A DNA stretch of 61,724 bases, the filler included, from Sphacelaria rigidula (Eukaryota), in NCBI GenBank assembly GCA_964200075.2. It is 9 parts of 9 records of this genome, joined end to end, with 100 filler letters (N's around TTAATTAATTAA, not from the genome) between each part and the next. Parts side by side here need not be neighbours in the genome. Positions count along the whole stretch, not along the records: positions 48,088 to 54,856 come from CAXNAA020018172.1; positions 54,957 to 61,724 come from CAXNAA020018173.1; 7 more parts are not named here. One strand, given 5' to 3'. The notes under the pieces are model-generated. The model was not told the DNA's origin. It was given only the letters and a program-made list of their open reading frames with translations, and did no database searches. How positions within the stretch are numbered: the stretch's first letter is position 1; every line of letters starts with the position of its first letter. Positions 48,180-61,000 of this stretch are shown one piece after another. The translations under genes were made by a program, and so were the position numbers.

Positions 48180-49712
48180 TCGGCTGGCCCAGCTCGTAGT
48201 CGCATGAAGTATCCGAGGGCCTGAAGTACCTCATGCAGCCGGCGCGGGCCCCTAACCGAACCACCACCAACAGCAACATATGGTACGCAAATAATCGATT
48301 TCTTACCCGTTCAGTTGCCTTTCACCTAAACAAAAAGACCGAAACTGACATGTTGTTTCCTAAACAGATTTCCGAGGTTGTTCCCACAAGCAACTCCCCG
48401 TACACCGAGACTCCGTCGTAGGTTATGCCGCACTTCAAACGAAGGTTTCCAGCACGCCAGAATCCGAGAAGCAATTCCGAATATGGACACAGGTTCTCCG
48501 CGTTTCAGCCGGACATGATATGATTTTGGTTCTCGGCCCATTGACCTGGTCGTCTTGTCTCGAAAATCGCCGTTTCCACATCCATGCACACAACAACGAG
48601 TGTGCTCAATGTATGAGACGCACCAAACACGGAATATTTTTTCGCTTCTTGAGCTCTTCATGCTGCCTCACACCGTGTTGTGAAATAGCTGCACACTGCT
48701 GTATCGCCAAACATCATGCATGCAGCGACAGCTACAGCTTATACTGCTGTTTGGGGTTGATGGTGATGACACGCGGATTGTTTTAGCTGCTGATGATGCT
48801 TTTGGCTGTGAATTAAAAGTGAACTGTACTGACTGTGTCGTGTCTGGCAGCGAGATGTACAGGTACAGCCGTCGAAATACAAACAATAAAGTAGACAGGA
48901 GTGAACAACACCACACCACAACATCATGATGGAATTCCCGCGGCTGCTGCAAAATGAAATAGGAGAGAAGAGAGCCCAGAAACGGTCTGAGACTACCGCA
49001 CAAGAATACCCACAACAGTACGGACAGGACGGTCCAGCAATGCAGACATTAGGATAGTGCGAATTCAAACATGCTCGAGGTGTGGCGGCACGGCCACAAA
49101 AGTGTCAACACGACGAAAGGGTAGGCAGAGGGCGTGCCATTTGGGTATTCCGTAGTAGTAATGGGAGAGAGCGTGCACCAATTGCAATGCAGGGGCTCAA
49201 CGAAATGGTGAAACACTGAAAAAGTCCGGTACCCTCATCGAACGAAGATGCCACGTATGCTCTCCTCCCTCTAATACGTTTTTTTTGTTACGGAGGGGGT
49301 GACGACACAAAGTTGTGTGCTGTGCGGATGGGTTGGTCCTCGCGGCAAGATGAACAGGTCAATTAATCGGGAACCAAAATCAAGAACGTATCATACCCGC
49401 TTGGAACGCGGAGAACTTGTGAATTCACGTTCTGAATTCCCGCTGGGATTCCGGTGTGCCGCAATCCCTCGTTCGGAGTGTGGGGAGTTGTTTGTGGGCA
49501 CAACCTTATAAGTCTATTCTGGAGAGGACACGTCGGTTGCGATCGCGATCGTTGCGCTTTGGTAAACGGCAAAAAAAATGGTATGTAAGCGATTCTTCGG
49601 ATGCCATGGTTGTTGTTGCTGGTGGTTTGGTCAGCGGTACGCTCCGGCTGCGTGAGGTACATGAGGTCCTCGGGTGGTGCATGCCCGACTAGAAACGATC
49701 GGGACGGCCGTT
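48180..49712. mobile_element. Long inverted-repeat structure (~360-bp diverged arms around ~800 nt)
   Basis: 48180-48550 is the diverged reverse complement of 49354-49712 (e.g. GTTCTCCGCGTT / AACGCGGAGAAC; GTACCTCATGCAGCCGG / CCGGCTGCGTGAGGTAC). Confidence 0.7.
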
Positions 49713-50576
49713 TATCAAAGGTATTTAGGAAAACGAAACGCCAGGTCGGGTACACCTCTGGCATTTCCGTTCAGCGAGGGCTTGGTGGAATGAAAGATGA
49801 GCTCCGTTTTGCGTATGAATCGTACGAGGCACGAATGCCCCGCGCTCCATTTGTTTTCACGGAGCAGGTGTAGCATATATACCTAATTGATGTACCAGGA
49901 TAATTCCGACGGACAAGGGTGTTTCTGGCGCGTTTTCCTCATCCTGCAGATGTGGTTCGAAACAATGTATCTTGTAAAAGGCGTGAAGGCATAACGTTTT
50001 AGTCTGAAGCCCAGACATCAATTCTCCGGGTCGGATGTTATATAAATATCTTCATTCATCCGCGGAGAATATGAAAGCGTCGAAAAAATCGACGCAAAAA
50101 AAGAATGCACAGGTCGTTTCGTTCATAGAGAAGTTCCCTGTCCAAACTTGGCAAATTGCAAATACGTTGTCTCGAGCAGTAGGGTACTGTTGTCCACAAC
50201 CATGGGCACGATCGAAGCGCTTTTGCTCATACGGTAGTGCGAATCCCCATCTGCATTGCATATTGACGGTACCGCGAGAAAGGAAACAGGCAGTTTACAT
50301 TTGTGTGTCCCCGCCGTCCTCTTCGGCTTGGACCGGGCGAGGGCGCGAAGAAGTGGTGAATTACATGATGGAATACCACAGATCAAGGTCTCAACGTGAT
50401 AGATCGATATTTCGAGCTGTATGCCGATGGCGCAATCGAGCCATGTGTCGCGTACTGTGCAATACTTCTCTCGGTCGCTTAGAAAGTTGCCAGAAGAAAA
50501 GACAGCGTAGGTCGTGCAAGTTCTTGTAGGTTAAAATCACGGACTGGCACAGGCCATATACTCGAAGTATATAAGC

Positions 50577-50890
50577 CGGTCGCCCCCGGTGGCTCAGTTG
50601 GTAACATCGAAACCTTCGGACGGTTGGGTCGTGGGGTCGAATCTCGGTGGAGTCACACGATCTTGGATTTTTTCTCATACCATGCCCAGCAGTGGAGAAC
50701 GACTACGCGTGGGTACACAAAATTCGACGTCACAGTCGACGAGGGAAAGGGATTGGTGAACCCCTCTCGTGATAAAAAATAAGGCAGGCACCGCGGAAGG
50801 AAGGTGGAGCATGAGAACAAAAAAAAAAGAAAAAAAAATTCAGTGTTGGCCATCCTTCTGCGTGACCCCGGCTGATGTACCCACACATAC
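50577..50890 (+). mobile_element. tRNA-derived SINE, family S1
   Basis: A-box TGGCTCAGTTGG, B-box GGGTCGAATC, conserved S1 body. Confidence 0.8.
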
Positions 50891-52664
50891 CGAAATATGT
50901 TAAGGGGCGTCCAGAATAGATGGGATGTCAACACAACAAGACATGCGCTGTACAGTAGATGGGTGACGAAACTCCCAACAAAAAACGCAAGCGATCGATA
51001 TTGTTACGAAATACAGAGACACAGCGCAGGTAGAGGGCATACCGGGCCGGGCTCAGGTTTCTCTGCGTGCAGCAAGAGCTTGTACAGCATGGTTGCGTGC
51101 AGTGCCTACTTTGAAGCAGTATGACGGCAGTGGTGAGCTGTACTGGGGCGTAGCCATCATCATGCCGTGACTCTGAACAAAGTTTGGTCGTCAATGTCCG
51201 TCTACAAAAGCATGTTATGACGATCAAGGACCGATATTCACTAGAGCGTGTGATATTTTTCTATATACAGCAGCTGTCTCAACAAGGCAAGGAAGGGGGG
51301 TGAAGTGCAACGTACAGCCGGGTGTAGTGTTTGGTATAGCTGTGAAATGGCCTTGCCAACACGTTGCAGCGCACGTGGTGTAGTGCAGATTACCATGCAG
51401 TGGTGCTGCAGCCGTCGACCTTCAAACTGTGGGATTTCGATCCGTTTTTTTAGCGACCTTCTTTCGCGAGCAAGCGATTTCAGCGCCGTGCGTGGGCAAT
51501 TGTCACGCACTAAATAGCAACGCGCACAACTCTTGCCGAGTCACTACACTGCATGAAATGAGGTCCACAATTTGTTTTTTTATCGTTGTCCTCTTGTGCG
51601 CACATCTTGCACACGCTTTTCTAGGGTCGCGACACACGCACACACCATCGGATAGCTGTGCCGACCTTCGCCGTGGCTTGAATACTTCTAAACCGTGTGA
51701 TTGGTCGGCTTGGAAAGCTCGAATTGAGGACCGCTCCAGGGAAAACTGTGATGATACTATTTTTACGACCAGAATAATCTGACCCGCTCATATCCAGTTT
51801 TGCCATGGCGCTTCACATCTTCTCAGTCGTTGCCAAGCACATGCACACGCGAACATACGAAGCTGTCAATACCGCATATTGTACTTTAAATATATCGGGC
51901 GTCTATGCTTACGGTTTCAGACCCATTGATCGTGGATCGAAGACCCCGAGGAAGATACTGTGCCGCAGAGTTGAGGACAAGGCTTTCGGAATAAACGATT
52001 GCAACGGCAATCTCCCGTGTGATGTCTCGTGGACATGAGGGAAAGTAAGAGGGAAAGGTACTATGGTACGAAGACCTCAACCCTTTGACCCTTCCGTTGT
52101 GTATGCGCGCGATGTTTTTTTCCAGGCCTAGATCTTCAAGCCTCCTGAACACGGCACCTGCGCCGGTCCAACTCTCGTCGGGAGCTTCTCGAGGGGGCGG
52201 GGATGCACGCTGTCAGAGACTTGGCCGGAGAAAGCAGCGCCGGTGGGACAACGGTACGTCTTTTTTCTTTGTCTCCTTCATCCCGTAAAAGCACTACGCA
52301 AGCGCATTGGTAGGCTGAAGGTCCCGCTACTATGCACTACCCGACGCTCCCACACTGGTGGTGCTGTACGGGGGGTGGTTCGCTGTCGATGGATTTGCTG
52401 TCGTTCTGTTGTGCGCGTAGCGCGTAGAGAGTGCAGGACCGTGCCGCGTGTGTGCCGGGTGAACACACTGGGGGAGTTGATGTTTTGCGCGTCCTCGACG
52501 GCTGTATCGCTTTCTGTATTGTCTGTTTTTGATGCTGGAAGCTCAAGTATCCGTTGAATGGGTGCCCCTAGTGTAGACACGGATGCACTCCTACAGTCGT
52601 GGGCGGTCTAACTATTCAGGGGTGTTTTGCGATTTTCCTCGCTTGCTACTCTTCGCTAGAACTC

Positions 52665-53105
52665 AAAATTGCCAGCGTCGGTAGATTTGGGTATAATCAA
52701 CAGATCATCCTCGAAACACAGTGCTCAAATCAGTGTGAGTTGTTGTTATCGGGCGATACGACTAAATACCCCATTTATCAGGAGGGTGTTATTGACCGTG
52801 AAATTCAGTTTTTCGGCTCGAGTGCAATAAGTAGGTAGAATAAAAAAAATTCAACTGTACATTTCTTCACAAATATGATCTGGACAGGCTTGATCGGCCG
52901 AAAATACGGAAGAGTAAAAATCTGGACTGCAACGTGGCAGGACCCCCGATGACCGGTCAGCCCGTAAGTCGCTCAATATTGAGTGCAGATGTTTTTTTTT
53001 TTCTTGGAATGTGGAGCGGGAAGAAATATCTTCAGATCCCCAATTGTAATACGCGGTGGCAAGCGAAAAGAGCCTGAGAAAACCGCCAATTACGAAAAAA
53101 TCACA
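52665..53105 (+). repeat. Dispersed repeat homologous to 35548-36012
   Basis: GGGCGATAC..ACCCC.TTTATCAGGAGGGTG.TAT.GACCGT; GCCC.TAAGTC..TCAATATTGA. Confidence 0.65.
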
Positions 53106-54124
53106 AAGTGCCACAAAATGAACAGTTAGACCGCCCACCACTGTACATTGCCAAGTGCTACGACTGCTTGTCCCAGTCGTTAGCGATGACACGCACATTT
53201 CCCCCTCTCCTTGCACTATGGGTGGTGTACTGTACTCTATTTTGTCTCCCTCAATCACGCGAAGATAACCTTGTCGGTGTGGAGAAGCTCCTGCGCGGTC
53301 GTCACGCCTGCGAAGAAGGCGAAGCCGATCATCTCACGGTGAATATAATAGTTTGAACGTATAGGTTTGCTCACTCCATTGTCCGACGATAATGATCTGA
53401 TTCACCGCGAGTGCTGTCGTGGTGGCGTAGTATATTTCGGCCTGTTGAAAAAATATGAAAGCCGTGGCCGTCGTTGTTCAAAGAATTGAAGGGAATACAG
53501 GGGGATCGGTTAGTGCGCAACACAGTCGATCAATCAAAATCAACAGTGAATGTGATCCAGAGTGAAGTAGCTGAATATATAGGGTAGTGGCGAGCAAATG
53601 CGGTCTGTTTGTCATGCTCAGCTGCGATCAAACGATAGCCCGCAAGTAGAAAGCTACACATACCATACACCGCATTTCCAACGTGTGTGCGAAAGTTTGG
53701 TTGGAGATATTCTAAACACGAATAATTATGCTGCCAGACGTGGTCAGACATCTACAGTAAGTAGCAAAAGTCAGTGCACTTGGTGAGAGCATATGACCGA
53801 AGTCGGAGCAAGGGCATGTACTGTTTTAGATAGATCGTTCAGAACTGGCCGCGAGTTAGAGGAAGCGAGCATCTGTGGTGAAAACAAAACAGCGAGGCGG
53901 TTGAATTTTGGAGCTGCCGGAAACCACCCCGCAGCGTAAAGAGAAGGGATGTAGGAGGACATCACTTCACCCTCTGTTGCTGTTGCTGAGGCACTCAGAG
54001 TATGATTTCATGGTGCTTTACGCTGATGTGTAAACCTCCCCCGTAAAATAACAACACGGTATGGGGGCCGGATTGAGATATGCGGCAGCCATTGCGGCGC
54101 GTGCACACGTTGCTACTGGGGGCA

Positions 54125-54345
54125 GGCTCCTGGACCTTGAACACCTTGCGCAACCTGTCCAGGCAAGGTAGGTTATCCACCTTTGGTAAGGTGTGAGGTT
54201 GCGCAAGGTACCTTGCATAAGGTCCTGGAAGGTCCGGTAAGGTACGTTGCACAAGGTCCTGGAAGGTGGTCCTATGAGGTACCTTGCATAAGGTTCTGTG
54301 TTACCTCCCACAAGGTCCCGTGTGTAACCTTGCACAGGGTCCCGC
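54125..54345. repeat. Degenerate minisatellite (ACCTTGCATAAGGTCC)
   Basis: Repeated, self-complementary ACCTTGCA.AAGGT units. Confidence 0.7.
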
Positions 54346-54856
54346 ATTTGGACAGGTGTCAACGTCTCCAACACGTTGGAGTCAACAATATGAAGATTTC
54401 CTTGCAGTTGATTATGTCGTGTATGTTTCCCGTCTTTGAATCACATGAACCTGCCACCTTAAGGACATAATAACACGAACAAATATACCCCCCAAAAGAG
54501 TGACAGACTGCGGCCCAAGAACGATCCTGTGAGTAATACTTCCAGCAAGTCGCAACCCATACTAAGACCATTCCGTAGACCCATTCAGCGGTTGAGAACC
54601 GTGGTGTATGACGCCTCTGCCATATATATATATATATACATATTTTTATATATGTAGTAACTATCGTGGCCATCAAACGTAAGTTTCACACTCCCCCCCC
54701 ATCTTGATCTTCGACAGAAAAAAACAAACAAGGAGTGTTATAACCCCCCATCCATCTTGATATCGAACAGGAAAACACAACCCCCCCCCCCCCAAGGGCT
54801 AACTAGTTGATATAGAACATGACAAAAACTAAAGAGCTCCCTTATACCGTAACTTC

Positions 54857-54956
54857 NNNNNNNNNNNNNNNNNNNNNNNNNNNNNNNNNNNNNNNNNNNN
54901 TTAATTAATTAANNNNNNNNNNNNNNNNNNNNNNNNNNNNNNNNNNNNNNNNNNNN
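54857..54956. other. Artificial contig linker
   Basis: Identical spacer. Confidence 0.98.
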
Positions 54957-55139
54957 CTTTATGCGGAGTTGAGGTTCTCCCACGCCGCACAACATGATCT
55001 AGCTCGACAACCATCATGGTTACCGCAAAAATAAACGCAAGCGTGCAAAAAAGAACCGGTAAACTGATTGCCTAGCTTACGCAGTGAGTGAGTGGCGTGT
55101 TATAAAACATCATGGCCAACCGACGCCAACCCCATCGGG

Positions 55140-55290
55140 GGTCCGCCCCTACAAAAAGGGACGGAGCACGCCGGGTTCCCGCCGGACCAGGGTGACGGAG
55201 GGGGAGGGGGGTACTCATTTGTTGCTTGCCTTAGTCGTTTAACCACTTACCACGCACCCCTTTCGAGACGGAGCACGGGGTGACGGGAGG
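55140..55290 (+). repeat. Dispersed repeat family A copy
   Basis: Nearly colinear with 1-135. Confidence 0.8.
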
Positions 55291-55711
55291 GGAAACACTT
55301 ACTTCAGTTAATCGACGGACGTAGGTTTTGGCGACGTACGCGTTATTTTTGTCCTCATTTTTGTACTTGCCATGTCATTGTCAGTCATTCTTGGTGTAAT
55401 ATGTGGACTCCTCGTGTTGTTTGATTGTCGCACACTGACCGATCCTCACCGAAGCCAGATGTGGTCACGAGATAGACATACCCGAGATTGACAAAAACAC
55501 TTGCAACACTTGCTGGTGGAAACCCGACGAAGGCAAAAGATTACGAAACGCATGATCAAACAGCGCACATACGATCACCCGTCGAGGATGCTGTTCCCTC
55601 CGAGGGTAAGGTGGGCGGACATGGCATGAGAAGGGTAGGTTGTAGAGTGCCGCGAGTAGCGATGGCGGATAATCATATATGTCTGGCCTCGCGTGTTGGG
55701 TGGGAATGTTG

Positions 55712-57180
55712 CACACGTCGGACAGATCAGCTGCCTATTGCTCGAGATAGCTCTTTTTGAGCGTAGCTCCCTACTGAGCTATGAGACCTATATGAGCTAC
55801 GCATGTTTTTCCTGAGGTGGGCTATGAGAGCTGTATGAGCTACGCATGTTTCCCGTACGTGAGCTACTAACCCGTAGCTCATCAGCTCATATTCGTCCTG
55901 AGTGAGCTATGGGAGCTGTATGAGCTACGCACGTTTGTTATAGGTGAGCTACCATCCGTAGCTCATCAGCTCAGATTCGTCCTGGGTGAGCTATGAGAAC
56001 TGCATGAGCTACGCATGTTTGCCCTGGGTGAGCTACCAACCCGTAGATCATCAGCTCATACTCGCCCTGGGTGAGCTATGAGAGCTGCATGAGCTACGCA
56101 TGTTTGCCCCGGATGAGCCATGAGAGATGCACGAGCTACATATTTTTGCCCCGGATGAGCTATGAGAGATGCATGAGCTACACATGTTTGCCCTGAATGA
56201 GCTACGAGAGCTATGAGAGATACGATGGCTTATCCCTTTGACCGCGAGGGTGGGAGGTCTCTGAATCGGTATCACTCACACCCGAAAAACGAAGGGAATT
56301 ATGGTGATTTATTAGATTGCCTACCCTCGCGGTCGAAAGGCCAACCCCTTAACGGCGAGCATAAGTCATCTGTTGAATCGGCTCCAATTTCACTCGAAAA
56401 ACGTATGCATGACCAGATGGACTCGTTCCCTCGAGGCCAACCGATCAAAAGAAATTAATCCGTCGATTATTGTAGACACTGAATATCAACACTTTTTTCA
56501 ACCATCCGACCATGCGAACGAGGATACGTGTTGGCTTCTTTTCTTCCTATAATAGCGCAAAGAGTGGGGCAAAACATCACAACCTAATGGTATGTGGCGC
56601 CATCGTTCGAACCGTTCGAGCAAGAACTTTACATCGTAAGCGACACGGGGGTTGGCCAGCGGCGAGCTAGGCATATGACGTGAGTGAGCCACGACCGTGT
56701 GTCCCTGGGGTAAGCTACCGGGCGTAGCTCATCAGCTCATGTTTTCCCTGGGTGAGCTGTGAGAGCTACATGAGCTGCACATGTTTGCCCTGGGTGAGCT
56801 ACTAACCCGTAGCTCATCAGCTCATATTCGCCCTGAGAGAGCTATGGGAGCTGTATGAGCCACGCACGTTTGCGATAGGTGAGCTACCATCCGTAGCTCA
56901 TCAGCGAAGATCCGTCCTGGGTGAGCTATGAGAGCTGCATGAGCTGCGCATGTTTGCCCTGGGTGAGCTACCAACTCGTAGCTGATCAGCTCATATTCGC
57001 CCTGGGTGAGCTATGGGAGCTGCATGAGCTACGCATGTTTGTCCTGGGTGAGCTACCAACCCGTAGCTCATCAGCGCACGTTTACCTTGTATTGAGCTCT
57101 CGGAGGTAGCTCACATGTACATGTTTGACTACAAGTGAGCTACCGCCCGCAGAGCAAGCTCATGAGCTGTCCTACGTGTG
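55712..57180. mobile_element. Non-autonomous TIR DNA transposon (hAT-like, 8-bp TSD) with GAGCT tandem arrays
   Basis: TSD GAATGTTG at 55704-55711 and 57181-57188; TIR CACACGTCGGACAGATCA vs CACACGTAGGACAGCTCA (16/18); ~85-bp tandem units at 55770-56220 and 56700-57075. Confidence 0.85.
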
Positions 57181-57825
57181 GAATGTTGGGCTCCGCCTCC
57201 AGTAGTCCGAATGGTCATTTACGGCCCCAGAAATAGTGGGTCAGCGGCGTTTCTTTTTATTTTATTCTTGTATCGCGTTTGTGGTAATTTTTTCGAGATC
57301 CTAGTTTTTTTTCATCTTCATTTCATTATCCTTATTTTGGGTAGTTAGGCGTCCGCATTAGACGCCCAGCACAAAGTACTGCGCAGATATCGGAATGGTT
57401 CTTGATGTGGAGACAACAACAACAATACAATCGCTTCAAGACATACTGGCTACAAACCTAGCATCACATAGACCAACCACTACTGCTCTTGCGCTTGCAT
57501 CGGCGGAACTGTGATATGACGACTGCAATCCTGTCTAGGTTTATTTACTCTCACGCCGATGACAAAGTGTTACCTGTTGTTCGGTTGTCAACAATGTCAT
57601 CATCGCTTGCGTGCAACCAGGTCTTCTGATGCCACACTGCAAAAGCGCTTATCCGCAACACCCTTGCAACCTACCCTCCTCATGCCATGTTCTCCCAACT
57701 TATCCTCGCAAGGAACAACATCCTAGACGGGTCGACACGCTTTCGATACATACCCGTGCTTAACACCGAAGACCGCACGCATTCAGGCCTTGATCATACA
57801 TGTTGGTTTGTGCTTTAGATGGGAC

Positions 57826-58005
57826 TATTGCACACCCTGGACACTATATGGTCAATAGATGCAACAGACAAAAAAAAAGCTGGGTAAAGAATAGACCTAT
57901 TGCAACTGTTGTCGGTCGTCAATAGTTGCAATAGGCCCTTACTCTACCCAGTACATGTTTCGTACGTTGCATCTATTGACAATGTATTGCCCACGGTGTG
58001 GAATA
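57826..58005. mobile_element. Palindromic MITE-like element, family P-related
   Basis: TATTGCACACCCTGG..GTCAATAGATGCAAC..CTATTGCAACT / AGTTGCAATAG..GTTGCATCTATTGAC..GGTGTGGAATA. Confidence 0.65.
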
Positions 58006-61000
58006 TTGTAGCTGCAACATACGTTTTTCACATCATCGAGGTGGATAGGGTTAGCATCGACATGTACTGGGCACGAGGGTGCTCCCCGAACGATATGTTT
58101 TAGTATGTACTTTTTCCGCCAACCGTGGATATATGGACTGGTCGGTACGAATTAACTATGCTACTGTAAGGAAATCATGTTATCCTGTGCATATCATACA
58201 ACACGGGCCATCGGTACGTTGTACGAACATATACTGAAGTCGTATCGGGAGATATACGTAGGAGACGTTGTGCACCTGGCAATATATTGTCAGACAGCGC
58301 CGACGAGCCTTAAAGTGCACTTAATACGAATTTCCAGATATGTTTCGATATGTGATACCCAACACACACTGTATGTAGTGCGCGTCGACATTTATTGTAC
58401 CTGTTGACCCACTGGTATATTGCACGCCCAACGAACTTTACAGTCACTTATGCACAACATATTGCGGCAGCAACTTATTGGTCCTTTCGGGTGTGCGATA
58501 TTTTTCATGGTCAATACAAACTGCGCTCGTTTGGCATCGAATCCATTACTTGGGCATGTGTTAAAGCATCTAGCGAAGGAACATGCTGTGAGAACAATAT
58601 ATCGCGATGTCTTGCGTGGCCGACTACATGCATATTAAATACTGGCATCGGTCCCCTATACATATATACAAATATATACGTTGTGGGCGCACTGTAGATA
58701 TTCTGACTTGCCTTTTTCGCCAGGATATCGTTCAGTCAATAAATGTTGTATGTGCTGTACGCCGATGCACTGTGGGGGCGATATATAATATAATATAATA
58801 TATATATCGACCCAAGTATAATTATTTATCGACGCACCGACGGTGTGGTAGAAGCATATTCTTGTTTCGTCAATCATTTTTTTGTGATGGCACCGCGTGC
58901 AGACACGTGCAAGATGCACATTCGCGCACGACGATGTGACTGGTGCTCATGAAGAGATGAGGATTGCACCTATCCGGCGGTGTAAGTCTTGAGTGATACG
59001 AATGGTGCCCGGCGCGTGGCGAATGACTCGAGTGCCTTACAACAGGATGTCGGTTTCGGCGACATCCAGGACAACCCAGTTTCAACAGCCAGCTTGCAGA
59101 CCCAGTTCTGTAGAGGACAGCCTGAAAAAAAGGCGATGGTTTTCCGTTTTTCAAAGTGTCTCAACTCCCATTCGCTGGCGAGATATGGATATAACTCAAC
59201 AACGAAATTAGACTGCGGCAAAATCATTCTCCACTGTGAAAATTTCATACACGAGTCGAGGCTAATTGTTTGTTTCCGGATGGTGCTGCAGCGGCATGAA
59301 GGTTTTTTTCATGTAGTGGTGGTACCAATCATCACATGCCCACCAAACCATTAACCTGCTCAAGTCACAACATTTTCCCAACGAGTTGGATAAACTGTTC
59401 CAGACGCGTTGTACATACCGTACGACTGGCCGGCCAATAAAACATGGGCCGACAGCAGAGCAACACTTTGCATCGCTGTGTTTCGCACATGTTTGACTCG
59501 TCCCCATGGTCAAGTTGTGCCATGACGTGTTGCACGGGTCTCAATACATGGCTAGATTAACGGCGCATGCCGTACATGTCCGGTAGGAACAACAAGATCA
59601 TAAACACCAGGAATATTTCTTGTCCTCGCCATCCAGTTTGTTTTGTGATCGTACTCCGTGTGTGGTAACCCCCCCCCCCCTCCCCTCACGAGACGGCCAC
59701 GTCGATCCAGGTTCATTCCACTAGACTTGTACATGCCGATCACATTGTCACGGAACCTGCCCTCTGTGACGATATCCGGCTTACCGTCGACGAGCGCACG
59801 GTGTAGTGACAGCAAAGACTCAAAATGAGGCTAGTTTCGGCGTGTGAAACTTGTTCAAGTGTACGTCAAGGGTATTTCGTCCTCCACACATGCCCAAGCG
59901 CGGTTGTTGTCCCTCCTACTATGGTGTATCACAAACGCCGGTTCCTCGGGCATGGGCCGATTTTGTCGTTCTATTTGGCGTTATTTTGTCCGCAGCGGAA
60001 ATGAGGAAATTCTTTCGTGTACCCGTCATCGAGTACAGCGTTGGAAGTTCTGCTCAGGTCTCTGTGTTCTTTTTTACACATCAAGCGCACGCACCCAACA
60101 CGACATTCCCACACATGAAACAATCCTTGACGTACACTGCGAGTGATCTAAAAAACACCGCGCATGCGAAGGTAGATTTTCAGGGGATGTGAGCATGGCT
60201 TGCGGAGCGTTTTTCGGTGCCCTAAACCTCCGTATTTCCGCTGACGTCAGCAAGGACCCTCGGGACAGAGATCTCTTGCAGTGACGTGTTTCGTCGGCTG
60301 TCGGTGACGACTTTACACCTCTTTCCCGTTAGCCATTTCCAGCGTTATGACTGTGGATCACCACCTCACGACAGTTATGCCCGTGAATCGGGTCCAATTT
60401 TGGGCACTATATATATATCGGGAAAATGGACCGACCGACAACACCGTCAGTTGAATGCAGAAGAAATGAAACCTACATGAGCCGATCAGTATCAATCACA
60501 CAAGTACACGCGTCACTCGAAATGACGACGACGCCCATACAAAATGTACTATTACTATGGTACATTCTACAACAAAACCTGTGACTGACGTTGCTGTACA
60601 CCTGTACACACGGTTACAATAACAGGAGGACAGAAGCTGCTGCTCGTGTTGTTGTTGTGCTCCTCTTGTTGCAGTATGTTGCTGTGCCTATCTTTCAACG
60701 CAGTTTTCTCGGCAACGAAGCAGAGGATTCGACTGCGGTTTGATGCGTGCGCTTCTCACACACCAGAACTAGTCAGAGTGGCGGCGGAATTCCCTAACGC
60801 GTGCCGCAGAGGCCGCAGCACTCTGCAAACCGCTGCACCAAACACAAAATGTACTAAAAAACGCGTTTTCTTCAACGTTCTGGGGCTTTTCGGATCCGCT
60901 GTGTCGAATTGAGTAACTCCGCAGCCACACTACACTGACGAGGTGTAGTGTGTGTGCGGGGGGGGCGTGAAGTACCACAGGCCGGCTCGCTTCCTGTCTC

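Noticed and set aside
48172-48184. ATCGCTTCTCGGC match to the U2 snRNA 5' end
   Set aside because: Only 13 nt; no following branch-point-pairing GTGTAGTA or Sm site
55770-57075. CRISPR-like appearance of regularly spaced GAGCT repeats
   Set aside because: Units are tandem with no unique spacers, there are no cas genes, and the context is eukaryotic and bounded by TIR/TSD
58870-60192. Cluster of short ORFs (possible decayed gene or viral fragment)
   Set aside because: Multiple stops and no identifiable family; needs a profile search
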